In this document: positions 21,701-30,856 of the stretch, piece by piece
Layout: every line of letters begins with the position of its first letter
Position numbering within the stretch: the first letter of the stretch is position 1
NCBI GenBank assembly: GCA_903840505.1
Contig: CAIMGI010000187.1
Span: 18,812-82,811 of the forward strand
Direction: 5' to 3'
Source of the DNA: an uncultured Bacteroidota bacterium
Lineage (GTDB): Bacteria; Bacteroidota; Bacteroidia; UBA4408
DNA length: 64,000 bases
Position numbers and translations under genes: made by a program
The notes under the pieces: generated by a model
Seen by the model: only the letters and a program-made list of their open reading frames with translations
What the model was told of the DNA's origin: nothing
Databases searched by the model: none

Positions 21701-22133
21701 CCGAAGTAAAAGGAATTGGCTTTAGTTCGGCAATACGTTGATTGATGCTTGCTTGTACAAGGTTGGCATTGTAGTTAGATTGCTGTTGAAGTTGCAATAC
21801 GTTTAGCAGCTTATCTTGCACATTGGAAAAATGGCTGCCGATAATTTCGGCTGCTTGCTGATGAGAAATGATGTTGCCAAATCGATTAAGTTTAAGCAGA
21901 GGAATAACAATTAGGTTAATCAGTATACCAATGTTGAGTAAGATAAAAAGGTAGAAGAGGATGGTACGTGTAGTTACTCCAAAATGGGCAAAATATTCGA
22001 GAAGGGTTACCGCCAAAAAGAAAAGAAGGAGTGAGGATATAGCATACAATACTCCCCGAATGAGTTGGTTTTTGTAATACTTTCGTATAAACTCATCCAG
22101 TTTTTGTATTAGTATGAGATAGTTGCTTGCCAC
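18738..22133 (-). CDS. Large membrane-anchored coiled-coil protein (DUF4175-like)
   Basis: 1131 aa, starting at a GTG. The N-terminal region carries three predicted TM helices and a beta-rich domain. A ~550-aa K/E/Q-rich coiled coil follows, with a G/K-rich tract (GKKDGKEGKDGKDGKNGKN). The family assignment is from memory and is tentative. Confidence 0.55.
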   Translation of the reverse strand: MASNYLILIQKLDEFIRKYYKNQLIRGVLYAISSLLLFFLAVTLLEYFAHFGVTTRTILFYLFILLNIGILINLIVIPLLKLNRFGNIISHQQAAEIIGSHFSNVQDKLLNVLQLQQQSNYNANLVQASINQRIAELKPIPFTSAIDLKENSKYVKYAFIPVFILLCLLTFFPNLITDPSNRLFNHTVYYEKESPFRFEVLNKSMQAIQQQDFELNIKVSGNEIPANAYIEVGENEYSLNKENAVKFRYVFKNIQKTLRFRLFADGYYSKEYEITALPNPLMLGFQVQLDYPNYVGKKDEVLSNTGDMVIPAGTKVRWTFNTQHSRILRMGFVDTIITLDHPNNNVFSYSSQLFNNKTYNITTANEFLKSGDSISYSINVIPDMYPSIQVEERPDSISSQRIYFKGQIKDDYGFSKLAFNYKFLTENDSNKSVSGRLVSQQLGLNKQITQDNFFHYWDLTSFNIQPGDEIEYYFEVFDNDGVNGNKSARTQRMVYKAPTLSELAKNSEKNNKELKKDIQESIQKAKDLQKELADINQKMLEKKILSYDELKKIKDLLEKQKQLQKDVENIEKQNSLNNKKENEFKQPDEKLLEKQQQLEKLFEQIMTDEMKEKFKELEKLLSKMDKEKIQEQLEKMKLDNKDMEKELDRSLEIFKQLEFEKKMGETTEKLDKLAEDQKKLAEKTEEKKSDSKELNKEQEKLNKEFDEVKKELEDLKKKNAELEQPNEMKNTEELQQEISKEQEKSSEQLNENKNNSESKKQQAAKSQKKAGEKMDQLSQEMKSMQQQMEQQEQEEDMNALREILENLINVSFAQEELMKQTNNIDRVNPKYVEIARQQKKIKDDSKMIEDSLFALSKRQPQISAVVNREISEINANMEKAIADIADRQTQVAAGRQQYVMTGVNNLALMLSEALNQMQQQMQKKPAKEGSGSCKKPGGKGQKPSASTMKSMQQQINEQIAKLKEGMKNPNGKKDGKEGKDGKDGKNGKNSTSEQFARLAAQQEALRRELQKMGDEMNKDGKQGNGNMQKLAEQMEKTETDLVNKTITQETMMRQEEILTRLLESEKAERERDQDEKRESKESNIENFSNLNLFNEYNRLKMKETELLKTVPPSLNTFYKNKVTDYFNNVTK

Positions 22134-22204
22134 TGAAATGCTTTTATAATAACAAATATAGCAATTTTAATACCGTTTTGTTGTTAAAATAGGTTAAGAA
22201 TGTG

Positions 22205-23665
22205 TTATCGAATTTTAGCCTCTAACCAATCGTTGTAGTTAATTATATCCTTATCGGCAGCCTCTTTTGAGGATATGATGGATAAGAACTCCGTGATGTT
22301 TTCATTTAGGTTTTTATTCTTAACCAAATTGTTTGCGTCAAGCATTAGTGCCATAATTTCCGCTAACAGCTTTTCTCTTTTATAATCTTCGTCTTGCAAA
22401 ATGGTTGAAAATGTTTTGCTCGTTTGAGCAAGGAGTGTTTCCAAATATTCCATATCGTTTAATTCAAAACGAATAATCATTTCGGCAAAGGAGAATTTTA
22501 AACGCATAGCCTCATCCAAGTTTTCGTAACTTTTTTGAAGACGCATTTTAACAATGTTTTTAAGTGCTTCCTTGTATTTTTTTAAATCGAATGAGATTAC
22601 GGCAAGGTTGCCATAAATGAAAACAATGTATATGGGCAATTGCTTTATGGCTTTCTCTTCTTTAGCTTGTTCTAATATTTCAATGGCTTTTTCTTTATCG
22701 CTTGCAGTATAATTTATCACAAGGGAATTGTAGTAATAAAATAAATATTTTTCTTTCATCAATCCTGAATATTCATCCATTGCTTCCTTCAGAAGGTTGG
22801 TGTATTGGAGCGATTGTTTAATTTTCCCATTTTTGAACAATGAGTTAATGAGGTAGGTAAGCATTTGCAGCTTCGTTTCGTGGTTCGATTTGTTAAACAA
22901 GTTTTCTTTTAGAAAAGAGCGATAGGTTGTGAGTAGGTATTTTTCGAGGGATTTGAAGTCGTGCTGTTGCAGTAATATACGACTCAATGCGTGGTATATT
23001 TTGAAGCGTAATTGTGGACTTTGTTTTATATCGTCACTCTGGGTGTATTCATTGATTGTTTTCTTCATTACTTCCAACACTTGTGTATTGTGTGCCGAAA
23101 AATTTTGAGACACCAATATTCGGTACCTTAAAACTGCTAACACATCATCAATTTCTTGTAAACGAAGTAATTGTTTTCTGTTTTCTCTGCGTTTCGAAAT
23201 AAATTGTTCGGGGTTTATGGAGTCTGTTTCTTGCGCCAGCTTTATGTATTCCCCATATATTGTATCGGTAAGTTCGGCATTGTGTAATTCGATCGATTTT
23301 TTTTCGGCTTTTTTTAAATAATAAAAGGCAATATCAAACTGCCGTTTTTGCTGGTATATGCGCGAAAGGGCCAAGTAGTTTTGCGATTCGGCAAAAGCAT
23401 TGTTGTCGAAATAATGTACACTCATGCTTTTCCCTATGTCCTCTAAAAGCCTATTCTTTAGTCGGTACAGCACATTTTTATCATCGTGATTGTAAAGCTG
23501 TAAGCAAATTTTTTCTTCATCGTATTCCGGAAATTTTTTCCGAACAAGGTCAAACAGTTGAACATCTTTTCGGTCGTTGTGGTTGTTGGTTCGTGCGAGG
23601 TAAAGTTTTAAATGACGCACTTCTTCTTTGCTCATTAATCCGATTACTTGGTTAAATATATTCAT
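22205..23665 (-). CDS. Hypothetical all-helical (TPR-like) protein
   Basis: About 487 aa from the internal ATG (MNIFNQ). Composition is helical and repeat-like, with no signal peptide. It sits 71 bp upstream of the DUF4175-like gene on the same strand. Confidence 0.5.
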   Translation of the reverse strand: MNIFNQVIGLMSKEEVRHLKLYLARTNNHNDRKDVQLFDLVRKKFPEYDEEKICLQLYNHDDKNVLYRLKNRLLEDIGKSMSVHYFDNNAFAESQNYLALSRIYQQKRQFDIAFYYLKKAEKKSIELHNAELTDTIYGEYIKLAQETDSINPEQFISKRRENRKQLLRLQEIDDVLAVLRYRILVSQNFSAHNTQVLEVMKKTINEYTQSDDIKQSPQLRFKIYHALSRILLQQHDFKSLEKYLLTTYRSFLKENLFNKSNHETKLQMLTYLINSLFKNGKIKQSLQYTNLLKEAMDEYSGLMKEKYLFYYYNSLVINYTASDKEKAIEILEQAKEEKAIKQLPIYIVFIYGNLAVISFDLKKYKEALKNIVKMRLQKSYENLDEAMRLKFSFAEMIIRFELNDMEYLETLLAQTSKTFSTILQDEDYKREKLLAEIMALMLDANNLVKNKNLNENITEFLSIISSKEAADKDIINYNDWLEAKIR

Positions 23666-23759
23666 TGTTTTGTTTTTGAATGCGTAAGAAAGATACGACT
23701 TTTTTTTGAAAGGCTGCACTTTTGTATATACATTTACTGTATTCAAAAATGCACGGATT

Positions 23760-24449
23760 ATGAAAAAGTTAAAAACGCTACTCTTTTGGTCTTTTATTTT
23801 AGCTTCAATGCAGCTAAAAGCACAGGTAAACATTGGGATTGATACCGTTTACAATTTTTTAACCCAAGTTAATAATTACCAAACGGTAAGTTATACCGTT
23901 CATATTAAAAACTATGGCCCTGATACCTTGTTTAATGGAAACTTAACTTTGTATACAGCTGTAGATACAGGAAATGCACTACATACAATTAAAACGGACA
24001 CTTCGCTTTCCGGCATTGCAGTTTTTCCACCTAACACAACTTTAACAATAAATGATAGCATCAGTTTTGTTGGCGGTGGCGGAAATACATTTAGGTTGAA
24101 TGGCGGTAATGTTATTGTTATATGGCCACAGGCTATAGGAGCAAATCTTATTCAATCGTATACAAATACTGTTTTAATAACGCACATTGAGGGAATAGGC
24201 GAAATTAGAATTGAGAAAAACAGTATAGCAGCTTGGCCTAATCCAACTAAGGAAAAGGTATTCTTAACAATTTCGGATCCAAAAACTACTATTGAAAGGG
24301 TAAGAATGTTCGATTCAAAAGGAGCCGAAGTGGTATATGAAGAGCATTCTAAAATATTGGATGTTAAGCAACTACCAAGCGGTGTGTATATTCTTTCGGC
24401 TACTTTAAGCAGCGGGGAAGTAAAAACAATAAAGGTAATCAAGGAGTAA
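23760..24449 (+). CDS. T9SS C-terminal-domain (type A sorting domain) secreted protein
   Basis: Signal peptide (MKKLKTLLFWSFILASMQLKAQ). The C-terminal ~80 aa (AAWPNPTKEKVFL...LPSGVYILSA...KVIK) match the Por secretion-tail pattern. Confidence 0.75.
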   Translation: MKKLKTLLFWSFILASMQLKAQVNIGIDTVYNFLTQVNNYQTVSYTVHIKNYGPDTLFNGNLTLYTAVDTGNALHTIKTDTSLSGIAVFPPNTTLTINDSISFVGGGGNTFRLNGGNVIVIWPQAIGANLIQSYTNTVLITHIEGIGEIRIEKNSIAAWPNPTKEKVFLTISDPKTTIERVRMFDSKGAEVVYEEHSKILDVKQLPSGVYILSATLSSGEVKTIKVIKE

Positions 24450-24451
24450 TT

Positions 24452-25372
24452 TTATCCCTTCTGATAATTTTGCATTTCCTTTGGGAATAAACCTTTTTGA
24501 GGCTTTCTTCTGCGTTTTCTTTTCTTGGATTTGTTTTTCGATTTTTTGTATTCAAAAGTATCATTTGTTGGAACAACCACATCTTTTCTGCCTTTCCAAA
24601 ATCGCCATTGTAAGCGTTTTTTGTGCCTTTCTTTTTTTGAACTGGAAAAGCTGCTTCCTGTTTCGGTTGCAATAACCACATCCTTTTTTTCTTTCCAAAA
24701 CAGTAAACGAGTCTTCTTTTTATGACGTTCTTTTTTTGAACTCGAAAAGCTATTGTCGGTGTTGGTTGCAATAACCACATTTTTTTTACCTTTCCAGAAT
24801 TGCCATTGCCATTGTTTTTTATGGTGTTCTGTTTTTGAACCGCTTCTTAAAGGATTGCCTTTTACTTTTCTAGAACTGCTTCTGTCTCCCAATGTCATTT
24901 TTACATCGGTATTTTGTTGTTTCTTTTTTCCAAACCTTACAGAAAATCCATTTTTATTTTCTTTTCCTTTTCCTCCTTTTGTTTCTGCATTTAGTTTATT
25001 TGAACGTACGCGTCTAGATTTACTCCTGTCGCCCAAGGTCATTTTAACATCGGTATCTTGTGTTTTGTTTTTTCGAAGTTTTAGTGAAAATGGTCTTTTG
25101 TTTTCTTTTGCCTTCCCACCTTTGTTTTCGGCCCTTAATTTATTGGACCGTACACGTTTGGATTTACTTCTATCTCCCAATGTTATTTTTACATCGGTAT
25201 CCTGTTTTTTGTTTCTGCCAAAGCGAACAGAAAAAGGTCTTTTATTCGATTTTACTTTCTCCTTTTTAGTGTTGATTTTAAAATTAGAAGAATCTGAAGA
25301 TTTATTCTTATTAATAGCACAGGAATGGATAAGTATAGCACATAAAAGAAGAATTGCTACGGGGTATCGCAT
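24452..25372 (-). CDS. Highly basic tandem-repeat lipoprotein
   Basis: Signal peptide plus lipobox (LLLCAILIHSCA). Three copies of a ~48-aa K/R-rich repeat (KRPFSVRFG.NK.QDTDVK.TLGDRSKS.RVRSNKL.AE.KGGK.KEN) are followed by three copies of a ~37-aa repeat (SFSSSKKERHKK...FWKGKK.VVIATNTDN). The DNA shows the same tandem periodicity. Confidence 0.65.
   Translation of the reverse strand: MRYPVAILLLCAILIHSCAINKNKSSDSSNFKINTKKEKVKSNKRPFSVRFGRNKKQDTDVKITLGDRSKSKRVRSNKLRAENKGGKAKENKRPFSLKLRKNKTQDTDVKMTLGDRSKSRRVRSNKLNAETKGGKGKENKNGFSVRFGKKKQQNTDVKMTLGDRSSSRKVKGNPLRSGSKTEHHKKQWQWQFWKGKKNVVIATNTDNSFSSSKKERHKKKTRLLFWKEKKDVVIATETGSSFSSSKKERHKKRLQWRFWKGRKDVVVPTNDTFEYKKSKNKSKKRKRRRKPQKGLFPKEMQNYQKG
24490..25290. 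repeat. Coding tandem DNA repeats (3 x ~111 bp, then 3 x ~144 bp) inside the basic lipoprotein gene
   Basis: Near-identical repeat units are visible directly in the sequence, for example ...ggttgcaataaccacat...ttccaaaa... and ...ctcccaatgtcatttttacatcggtat.... Confidence 0.8.
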
Positions 25373-25451
25373 ACTGGTTTTGAATATCCTTATTATAAAA
25401 GAAACCCTCACTTACTGTAAGCGAGGGTTTCTTTTATATTTAATTTATGTG

Positions 25452-26207
25452 TTATCTATTACCGCTTTGCTTATCCCTCATTTCTTGTCTTCTTTTGGCA
25501 CGTTCTTCGGGAGTCATTGAGTTTTGGTCGGCACCATTCATTCGACTACCACCAACAGGTGCGCCCTCTGTTTTTGTGTAGCCTGCAGGAATATCAAATA
25601 CTTCTTTGGCAATTGATTTTTTTTCAATTGTAACTAATTCCATTGTCATATCACCATCTCTCTTCCCTTTAACTATATATTTTACGGGAAATCCATCCAC
25701 TCCGGCATCAATAAGCGATTTTTCAATTTTGCTAATGTTTACTCTTTGGTTATTATTATAAGCTTCTTTGTAATTTTGGTAGTCTACAATTTCTTTAGTA
25801 TTCCATAATTCAGTAATAGTACCGTCATTAACAGATTTTACGAGAATGTGTTTACAAGTGTATCCCAATATTTTTTCTTCTCCTAAATTCTCCAAGGTAT
25901 AATTTCCGTTTTCAGTATCTTTTTTCACAGGACCTTCACTGTAGGTTCTGTAGGTTTCATTTATAGTAAATAAAACTTCAGGATTGTCCATTTTTGTTAT
26001 GGTTATCATCTTCATAGGCTCAGGCAATTGTGGTATAGAAACAGTCATATCTGTTTTTTTACCTATGCTTGAAAAATAAGATGTAACACTACCGTTTGCG
26101 CCCATAGCGGATGAAAATTTCATTTCAATAACAGTTCCATTTTGAGCGAAAAGCTGCGAAGTTGCAAATAGGAATGTAAAAAGGGCTGTAAAAATGTATT
26201 TTTTCAT
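25452..26207 (-). CDS. Secreted hypothetical protein
   Basis: Signal peptide (MKKYIFTALFTFLFATSQLFAQ) and a basic C-terminal tail. It resembles Bacteroidota DUF-type periplasmic proteins, but the function is unknown. Confidence 0.55.
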   Translation of the reverse strand: MKKYIFTALFTFLFATSQLFAQNGTVIEMKFSSAMGANGSVTSYFSSIGKKTDMTVSIPQLPEPMKMITITKMDNPEVLFTINETYRTYSEGPVKKDTENGNYTLENLGEEKILGYTCKHILVKSVNDGTITELWNTKEIVDYQNYKEAYNNNQRVNISKIEKSLIDAGVDGFPVKYIVKGKRDGDMTMELVTIEKKSIAKEVFDIPAGYTKTEGAPVGGSRMNGADQNSMTPEERAKRRQEMRDKQSGNR

Positions 26208-26285
26208 TTTGTTTTTTTGACTCTGTTTATTCAAAGATACTAAATTAAAGATAATTAAACCGAATGGGGTAAATTATCAGTTGAA

Positions 26286-28898
26286 TTATTTAGAATAATT
26301 GTTTGTAAAAAACTGCTCGTACTCCGCTAACTTTTTGGATACATATAGGGCCGAATAATTTGCATCACTCACTATAAATAACTTATAATTCTTCTTGTCA
26401 AGTTTTTTAATTAAAACATGATTCGTAAGCTGATTATAGTATAACATCGCTTTTGTCTTATTTTCAAAAGCTTTCACAAAAATCATTTTGTTTTTATCAT
26501 CGTACACCAAATCTTCTGTTTTTAAATGTGATGTTTCATAAAACTCATTGTTAAAGTTAGATAAGCCTGTTTTTAAGTCCGAAATTTTAATGTTTTTATT
26601 GTCAGCAATAATTACAATAAATTGTTCGGCATTGGCATCAAATGTAAAGAGCTCTTTCTCCTGTATGGTATCGGGTTTAATCTCTCCGGCTTCTTTTTGC
26701 GCTTTTATCACATCCAGCATAGCTTGTGCGGATGGTGTTACTTCACTTTTTGGATAATTAAGTATTAGTTGTTGTAAGCTTAGTTCGAAATCATTTTTGG
26801 TTTGCGTTTTCCCAACAGCCAAGGCATACAAGTATTCGAATTTAGGTTGCAAGTCGCTTTTGCCTACAATGCTATCAACAGCACGAACATTGTTTTTTAC
26901 CTGAACGTAATTGCCCGCTAAATATAAATTATAGGTTTCTTCGTAGTAGTTCTTTGCTTTGTTTTTCGATTGGAGTATATCCAAATTAAAGTTTGGATTC
27001 TTGATGATTTGTGCATACTCACTGTTGGGGTAATTGTTTAGCAATATATCTTTGTATTTTTTCGCTTTCTCTTTTTCTTTCATCGACAAGTAAATTCTAT
27101 ACAATTGGTAATAGCATTCCAATTCGTGTTTGTTTTTAGGGTATTTTTTTAAAAGGTCATCATAGGTTTCTGCCGCTTTTTCGTAATTCTTTAATTGCTC
27201 TTTATAAATTCCACCCAGTTCATAATATGCTTCTACAATTTTAGCGTTTGAAGCAAGCATCATTGAATCGGTTAATGGTATATCCTTTAAATAGCTCAAC
27301 TTGTCACGCATTTTTGGTGCTTTATCCAAACTGTCTTTTCCTTGTTTAAGCGAATCTATAGGGTTTGGATTATCAAAATCCGAGAAGCCTATTTGCTTGT
27401 TACTTCTTCGCCAGTTATCCTCCAGTTTACGCACTCCCCATTTTTTGGAAAAGTCGCTGAATCCTGCACTTAAATTGCCTTGGTTGTAAAAATACCAATT
27501 GCTTCCTGAGCCTTGGTCGTTGCTTCCTCCCGCATTATTTGCATTCAGGTTTAGGTTATTATTCAATTGGCTTGCCTCCTCCTCCTCCTCTTTCTTTTTT
27601 CTTTCGACCTCAATAGCATCGGCCATAATTTTATCAATCAGGGCATTTCTTTCACTATCGCTTAATTTTGCAATTTTTTGCAAGCTGTCTTGGTTAGAAA
27701 TAATATTTAAATTTTTTACCAAATCCGCTAAACTATTTTTCTTGTCTACTATTAAATTATAGTTCGGATAGTTTTTATCCAACAGCGAAACGGCACTATC
27801 GTAATACGATTCGGAGGTTTTATAATCGGGAATATCAAAATATAAATCAGCAATTTTTAAATTAGATAAAGCTTTTTGTCGGGTGTTATTTGTACTTGTT
27901 GCAATGGACTGTTTGAGGTATTTAATGGCTACAGGAATATTATTTTCCTTTATGTAAATTTCGGCAAGCGCATAATTAATTTGATCTAAATATTCAATGT
28001 TTTTAACATCCTTCAGCATTTTTGTCAGTTGCTTTTTAATATCGGCACTGTTGCCGTTTGCAATATCATAAGACTTCGCCAAACTTATTCGGGCATTAAA
28101 CTCCATTACATAGGGAGGGTTTCGTTTAATAACCTGTTTGTAGTTGGCAGTTGCATTTTTAAGTAAACCTTGTTTTTGGTACAATTGAGCCAAAATGTAC
28201 ATATAGCGTGTTCGTTGCTTTTTACTTTTGCTCAATGCAATGGCTTTAGTCAAGTGACTTATTCCCAACTGATAATCGGCTTGCTTGATGTAAAAATCAG
28301 CTAATATGGCCGACAATTCAGCATCGTATTTTGCAGGAAATTTCTTGTCGTTTTTAATAACGTCCATTAAACCTTGCGATTTTGTAAAAAGCCCCATTTC
28401 ATTATAGGTACGGAGCATCCACATCCAGGCTTCATATTTCGTATTTTCCTTTTTAAATTGGGCGGATACGTATTCAAATACTTCCAGTCCGGCAAAATAA
28501 TCGTGTTTGTAAAAATGCGACCTTCCTATAAGTATGTACGTATCGTCAATCCAGTTACAGTACTCAACTCCTTTTAAAAGAATAGAGTGTCTTTCAATAA
28601 CCATAGACCCCTTCTTGAATGTTTTTTCAAGTTCAGTGGAAATGCTTTGGGCTTCTTTTAAATTTCCATAAACAAATACAGGAAGTATTTGGTCGTAATC
28701 GTCAATATGTGTTTTGTCTAGTTTTGCGGTGCCTTCGTTAATACTTTCGCGGGCATAAAAAAAGCCGTTATAGCGGGAAGTAAGGTTGTGGTAACTGCGT
28801 GTAGCAAATGTGTTTTTCTTAGTACTGCAACCATTTAGTATGATTGCAATGCCGAACAGGATTGTGAGCAATGCTATATGTAGGCAATTTTTTTTCAA
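26286..28898 (-). CDS. TPR-repeat lipoprotein, SprE/PorW-like (gliding motility / T9SS component)
   Basis: 870 aa with a TTG start and a lipoprotein signal (LNGCS). The whole protein is made of TPR-like helical repeats. Its size and architecture match F. johnsoniae SprE. The assignment rests on architecture and on neighbourhood with gldBC. Confidence 0.45.
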   Translation of the reverse strand: MKKNCLHIALLTILFGIAIILNGCSTKKNTFATRSYHNLTSRYNGFFYARESINEGTAKLDKTHIDDYDQILPVFVYGNLKEAQSISTELEKTFKKGSMVIERHSILLKGVEYCNWIDDTYILIGRSHFYKHDYFAGLEVFEYVSAQFKKENTKYEAWMWMLRTYNEMGLFTKSQGLMDVIKNDKKFPAKYDAELSAILADFYIKQADYQLGISHLTKAIALSKSKKQRTRYMYILAQLYQKQGLLKNATANYKQVIKRNPPYVMEFNARISLAKSYDIANGNSADIKKQLTKMLKDVKNIEYLDQINYALAEIYIKENNIPVAIKYLKQSIATSTNNTRQKALSNLKIADLYFDIPDYKTSESYYDSAVSLLDKNYPNYNLIVDKKNSLADLVKNLNIISNQDSLQKIAKLSDSERNALIDKIMADAIEVERKKKEEEEEASQLNNNLNLNANNAGGSNDQGSGSNWYFYNQGNLSAGFSDFSKKWGVRKLEDNWRRSNKQIGFSDFDNPNPIDSLKQGKDSLDKAPKMRDKLSYLKDIPLTDSMMLASNAKIVEAYYELGGIYKEQLKNYEKAAETYDDLLKKYPKNKHELECYYQLYRIYLSMKEKEKAKKYKDILLNNYPNSEYAQIIKNPNFNLDILQSKNKAKNYYEETYNLYLAGNYVQVKNNVRAVDSIVGKSDLQPKFEYLYALAVGKTQTKNDFELSLQQLILNYPKSEVTPSAQAMLDVIKAQKEAGEIKPDTIQEKELFTFDANAEQFIVIIADNKNIKISDLKTGLSNFNNEFYETSHLKTEDLVYDDKNKMIFVKAFENKTKAMLYYNQLTNHVLIKKLDKKNYKLFIVSDANYSALYVSKKLAEYEQFFTNNYSK

Positions 28899-29009
28899 CA
28901 GTGTAATAACTCTAAAATTTCAAAAATAGTATGCTCATTACCTTCATAAATTATAAAACAAAAAACAGGCATTGCTTGACAACACCTGTTTGTAAAATGC
29001 AGCTGTTCT

Positions 29010-29777
29010 TTAAAAAATTACTCCAACAGTAAGTGAAATAAAATTACTTGTCGCTTTTTGAGTAATAGCGGCATTTGTTCCAGATCTTAAATCGGGAGAG
29101 TTTTTCTTTAAAGTGTTTGTAAAACCGTTGCTGTAGTTAACTCCGGCAACCAATACCGTGCTTCCTACTAATCCATACTCTACACCAAGACCAATATTCA
29201 GTGCTACTCGGAAAAGACCAACATCTTGTTTTGCCTCCACTTTTGCTATGCTCGACAAGGTGCTTTTATTGTTTGTAAAATTCAAATAGCCTGTATCCGT
29301 AGCACGCGCCTTGGCTCTAACCCCAAGGTCGAAACCAAATTGACCATAATATGCCATTAGCCCAATTTCCTTTGTTTTCATTTTCAAGGAAAGTGGCACA
29401 TTTATGTATTGCAATTTATATTCGCGTTTCTTGATAAGAAATGCAGTTGCTGGGTCACTTAAATAATCTTTTCCATTCAAAGAGCGATAAACGCTGTCGG
29501 TATAGTTTAATCCACCTCCTGCATAGGTTACTTCCAAACCGGTTAAAAATGAGGCTATGTCATTTATTCTGAACTCAGTAATAAGTCCGTATCCAAATTT
29601 CATTACTGTTTTTCCTCTTTCGAATCGGGTATCATCGGGTTTAAGCCAACATACCGAAGGTGCAGCCTTTAATCCGAAACGGAATTTTTTCGCAACATCA
29701 CTCACAGGAATCGCATCTTGCGCAAAACTAGCAATTGTACTTATTGTTATTAATAGTAAGGTAACTATCTTTTTCAT
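29010..29777 (-). CDS. Outer-membrane beta-barrel protein (PorT/OmpA-like porin family)
   Basis: Signal peptide, alternating hydrophobic beta-strands, a C-terminal aromatic residue (VIF), and a length of 255 aa. Confidence 0.5.
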   Translation of the reverse strand: MKKIVTLLLITISTIASFAQDAIPVSDVAKKFRFGLKAAPSVCWLKPDDTRFERGKTVMKFGYGLITEFRINDIASFLTGLEVTYAGGGLNYTDSVYRSLNGKDYLSDPATAFLIKKREYKLQYINVPLSLKMKTKEIGLMAYYGQFGFDLGVRAKARATDTGYLNFTNNKSTLSSIAKVEAKQDVGLFRVALNIGLGVEYGLVGSTVLVAGVNYSNGFTNTLKKNSPDLRSGTNAAITQKATSNFISLTVGVIF

Positions 29778-29798
29778 ATTTTTGCTTTAAAGTTTATA

Positions 29799-30848
29799 AT
29801 GGTGTTATCTACAAAAGTAAGCATAATTTCAAGTTTAAGAAAGGGATTGCCCCGAATATCGGTTTTTATGTTTTTGCTGTGTTGTTCGTGCAAGCAAAAT
29901 AAGCTGGACGTAAACGTTTCCAACATAAAACTTTCGGTTGATTGCAAGCGTTTCGATTATGATTTGTTTAGCCTCAGATGCCCAGTAGAAGCTGCCGGTA
30001 TAAATACTTTAAGAAATAAGTACGGAAATTTTGTTGACCGATTTGGTGCAAACATCATAAAAATTGGTTCTCCTGAGTCGCCTTCTTATGCAGCTAATTT
30101 GAGTAATTTTTTATCCGACAACGATATGCGTACTGTTTATGGGGATGTTAAAAGTCAATACCCAAATACAGATGAATTAAACAAAGAGCTTACCGATGCT
30201 TTTAAACATTACAAATATTATTTCCCAAATAAAACTATTCCGCAGGTAGTAACCTATGTTTCGGGTTTTAATTATGCCATTGTTGCCGATGATACTACGT
30301 TGGGAATTGGCTTGGATATGTACTTAGGAGCAGATTATAAATATTACCAACTGATGCAGTTGCCAAAATATAGAACAGCATTAATGCGCAAAGAGCGCAT
30401 TGCCATTGATGCGCTCAAATCGTGGATTTCAACTGAGTTTGAAGCCGACATTACAAAGACCGATTTGCTTTCACAAATTATTCACGAGGGTAAAATTATG
30501 TATGCCTTGGATGCTTTGTTTCCTGCTGCCCACGATTCACTTAAAATGGGCTATTCGAAAAAGCAAAACGATTGGGCAAAAGTGAGTGAAGCTCAAATAT
30601 GGGCATACTTTATTGATAAAAAATTATTGTTCTCCACCAATTATGGAGAGAATATGAAATTCCTGAACGATGCTCCTTTTACTTCGGGTTTACCACGCGA
30701 TTCGCCTCCTAAAATTGGCGTGTGGTTGGGTTGGCAAATAGTGAGGGCCTATATGAATACTAAATCCGACATTTCGTTGGAAGCATTGTTTACTGAAAAA
30801 GACGCACAAAAAATACTTTCACAATCAAAATACAAACCTGCTAAATAA
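29799..30848 (+). CDS. gldB: Gliding motility lipoprotein GldB
   Basis: A ~330-aa lipoprotein (lipobox LLCCSC) immediately upstream of a gldC-like gene, as in the F. johnsoniae gldB-gldC operon. The start is uncertain because the gap to the divergent gene is only ~21 bp. Confidence 0.6.
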   Translation: MVLSTKVSIISSLRKGLPRISVFMFLLCCSCKQNKLDVNVSNIKLSVDCKRFDYDLFSLRCPVEAAGINTLRNKYGNFVDRFGANIIKIGSPESPSYAANLSNFLSDNDMRTVYGDVKSQYPNTDELNKELTDAFKHYKYYFPNKTIPQVVTYVSGFNYAIVADDTTLGIGLDMYLGADYKYYQLMQLPKYRTALMRKERIAIDALKSWISTEFEADITKTDLLSQIIHEGKIMYALDALFPAAHDSLKMGYSKKQNDWAKVSEAQIWAYFIDKKLLFSTNYGENMKFLNDAPFTSGLPRDSPPKIGVWLGWQIVRAYMNTKSDISLEALFTEKDAQKILSQSKYKPAK

Positions 30849-30856
30849 AAGCTATA

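Noticed and set aside
22134-22204. Possible missing ATG start for the 1131-aa protein
   Set aside because: I checked the upstream frame. A TAA stop lies 12 codons upstream with no ATG, so a GTG start at 22133 is the simplest reading. This is not evidence of a pseudogene.
24490-25290. Possible CRISPR array, suggested by regular tandem repeats
   Set aside because: The repeat units are 111 and 144 bp, contiguous, with no spacers, and in-frame within a CDS. They are not a 24-48-bp repeat-spacer architecture.
24439-25520. ORFs 24439-24780 (-), 24481-24725 (+) and 24753-25520 (+) overlapping the basic repeat lipoprotein gene
   Set aside because: They are alternate-frame and antisense readings of the tandem repeats. 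The lipoprotein frame has a proper signal peptide and lipobox.
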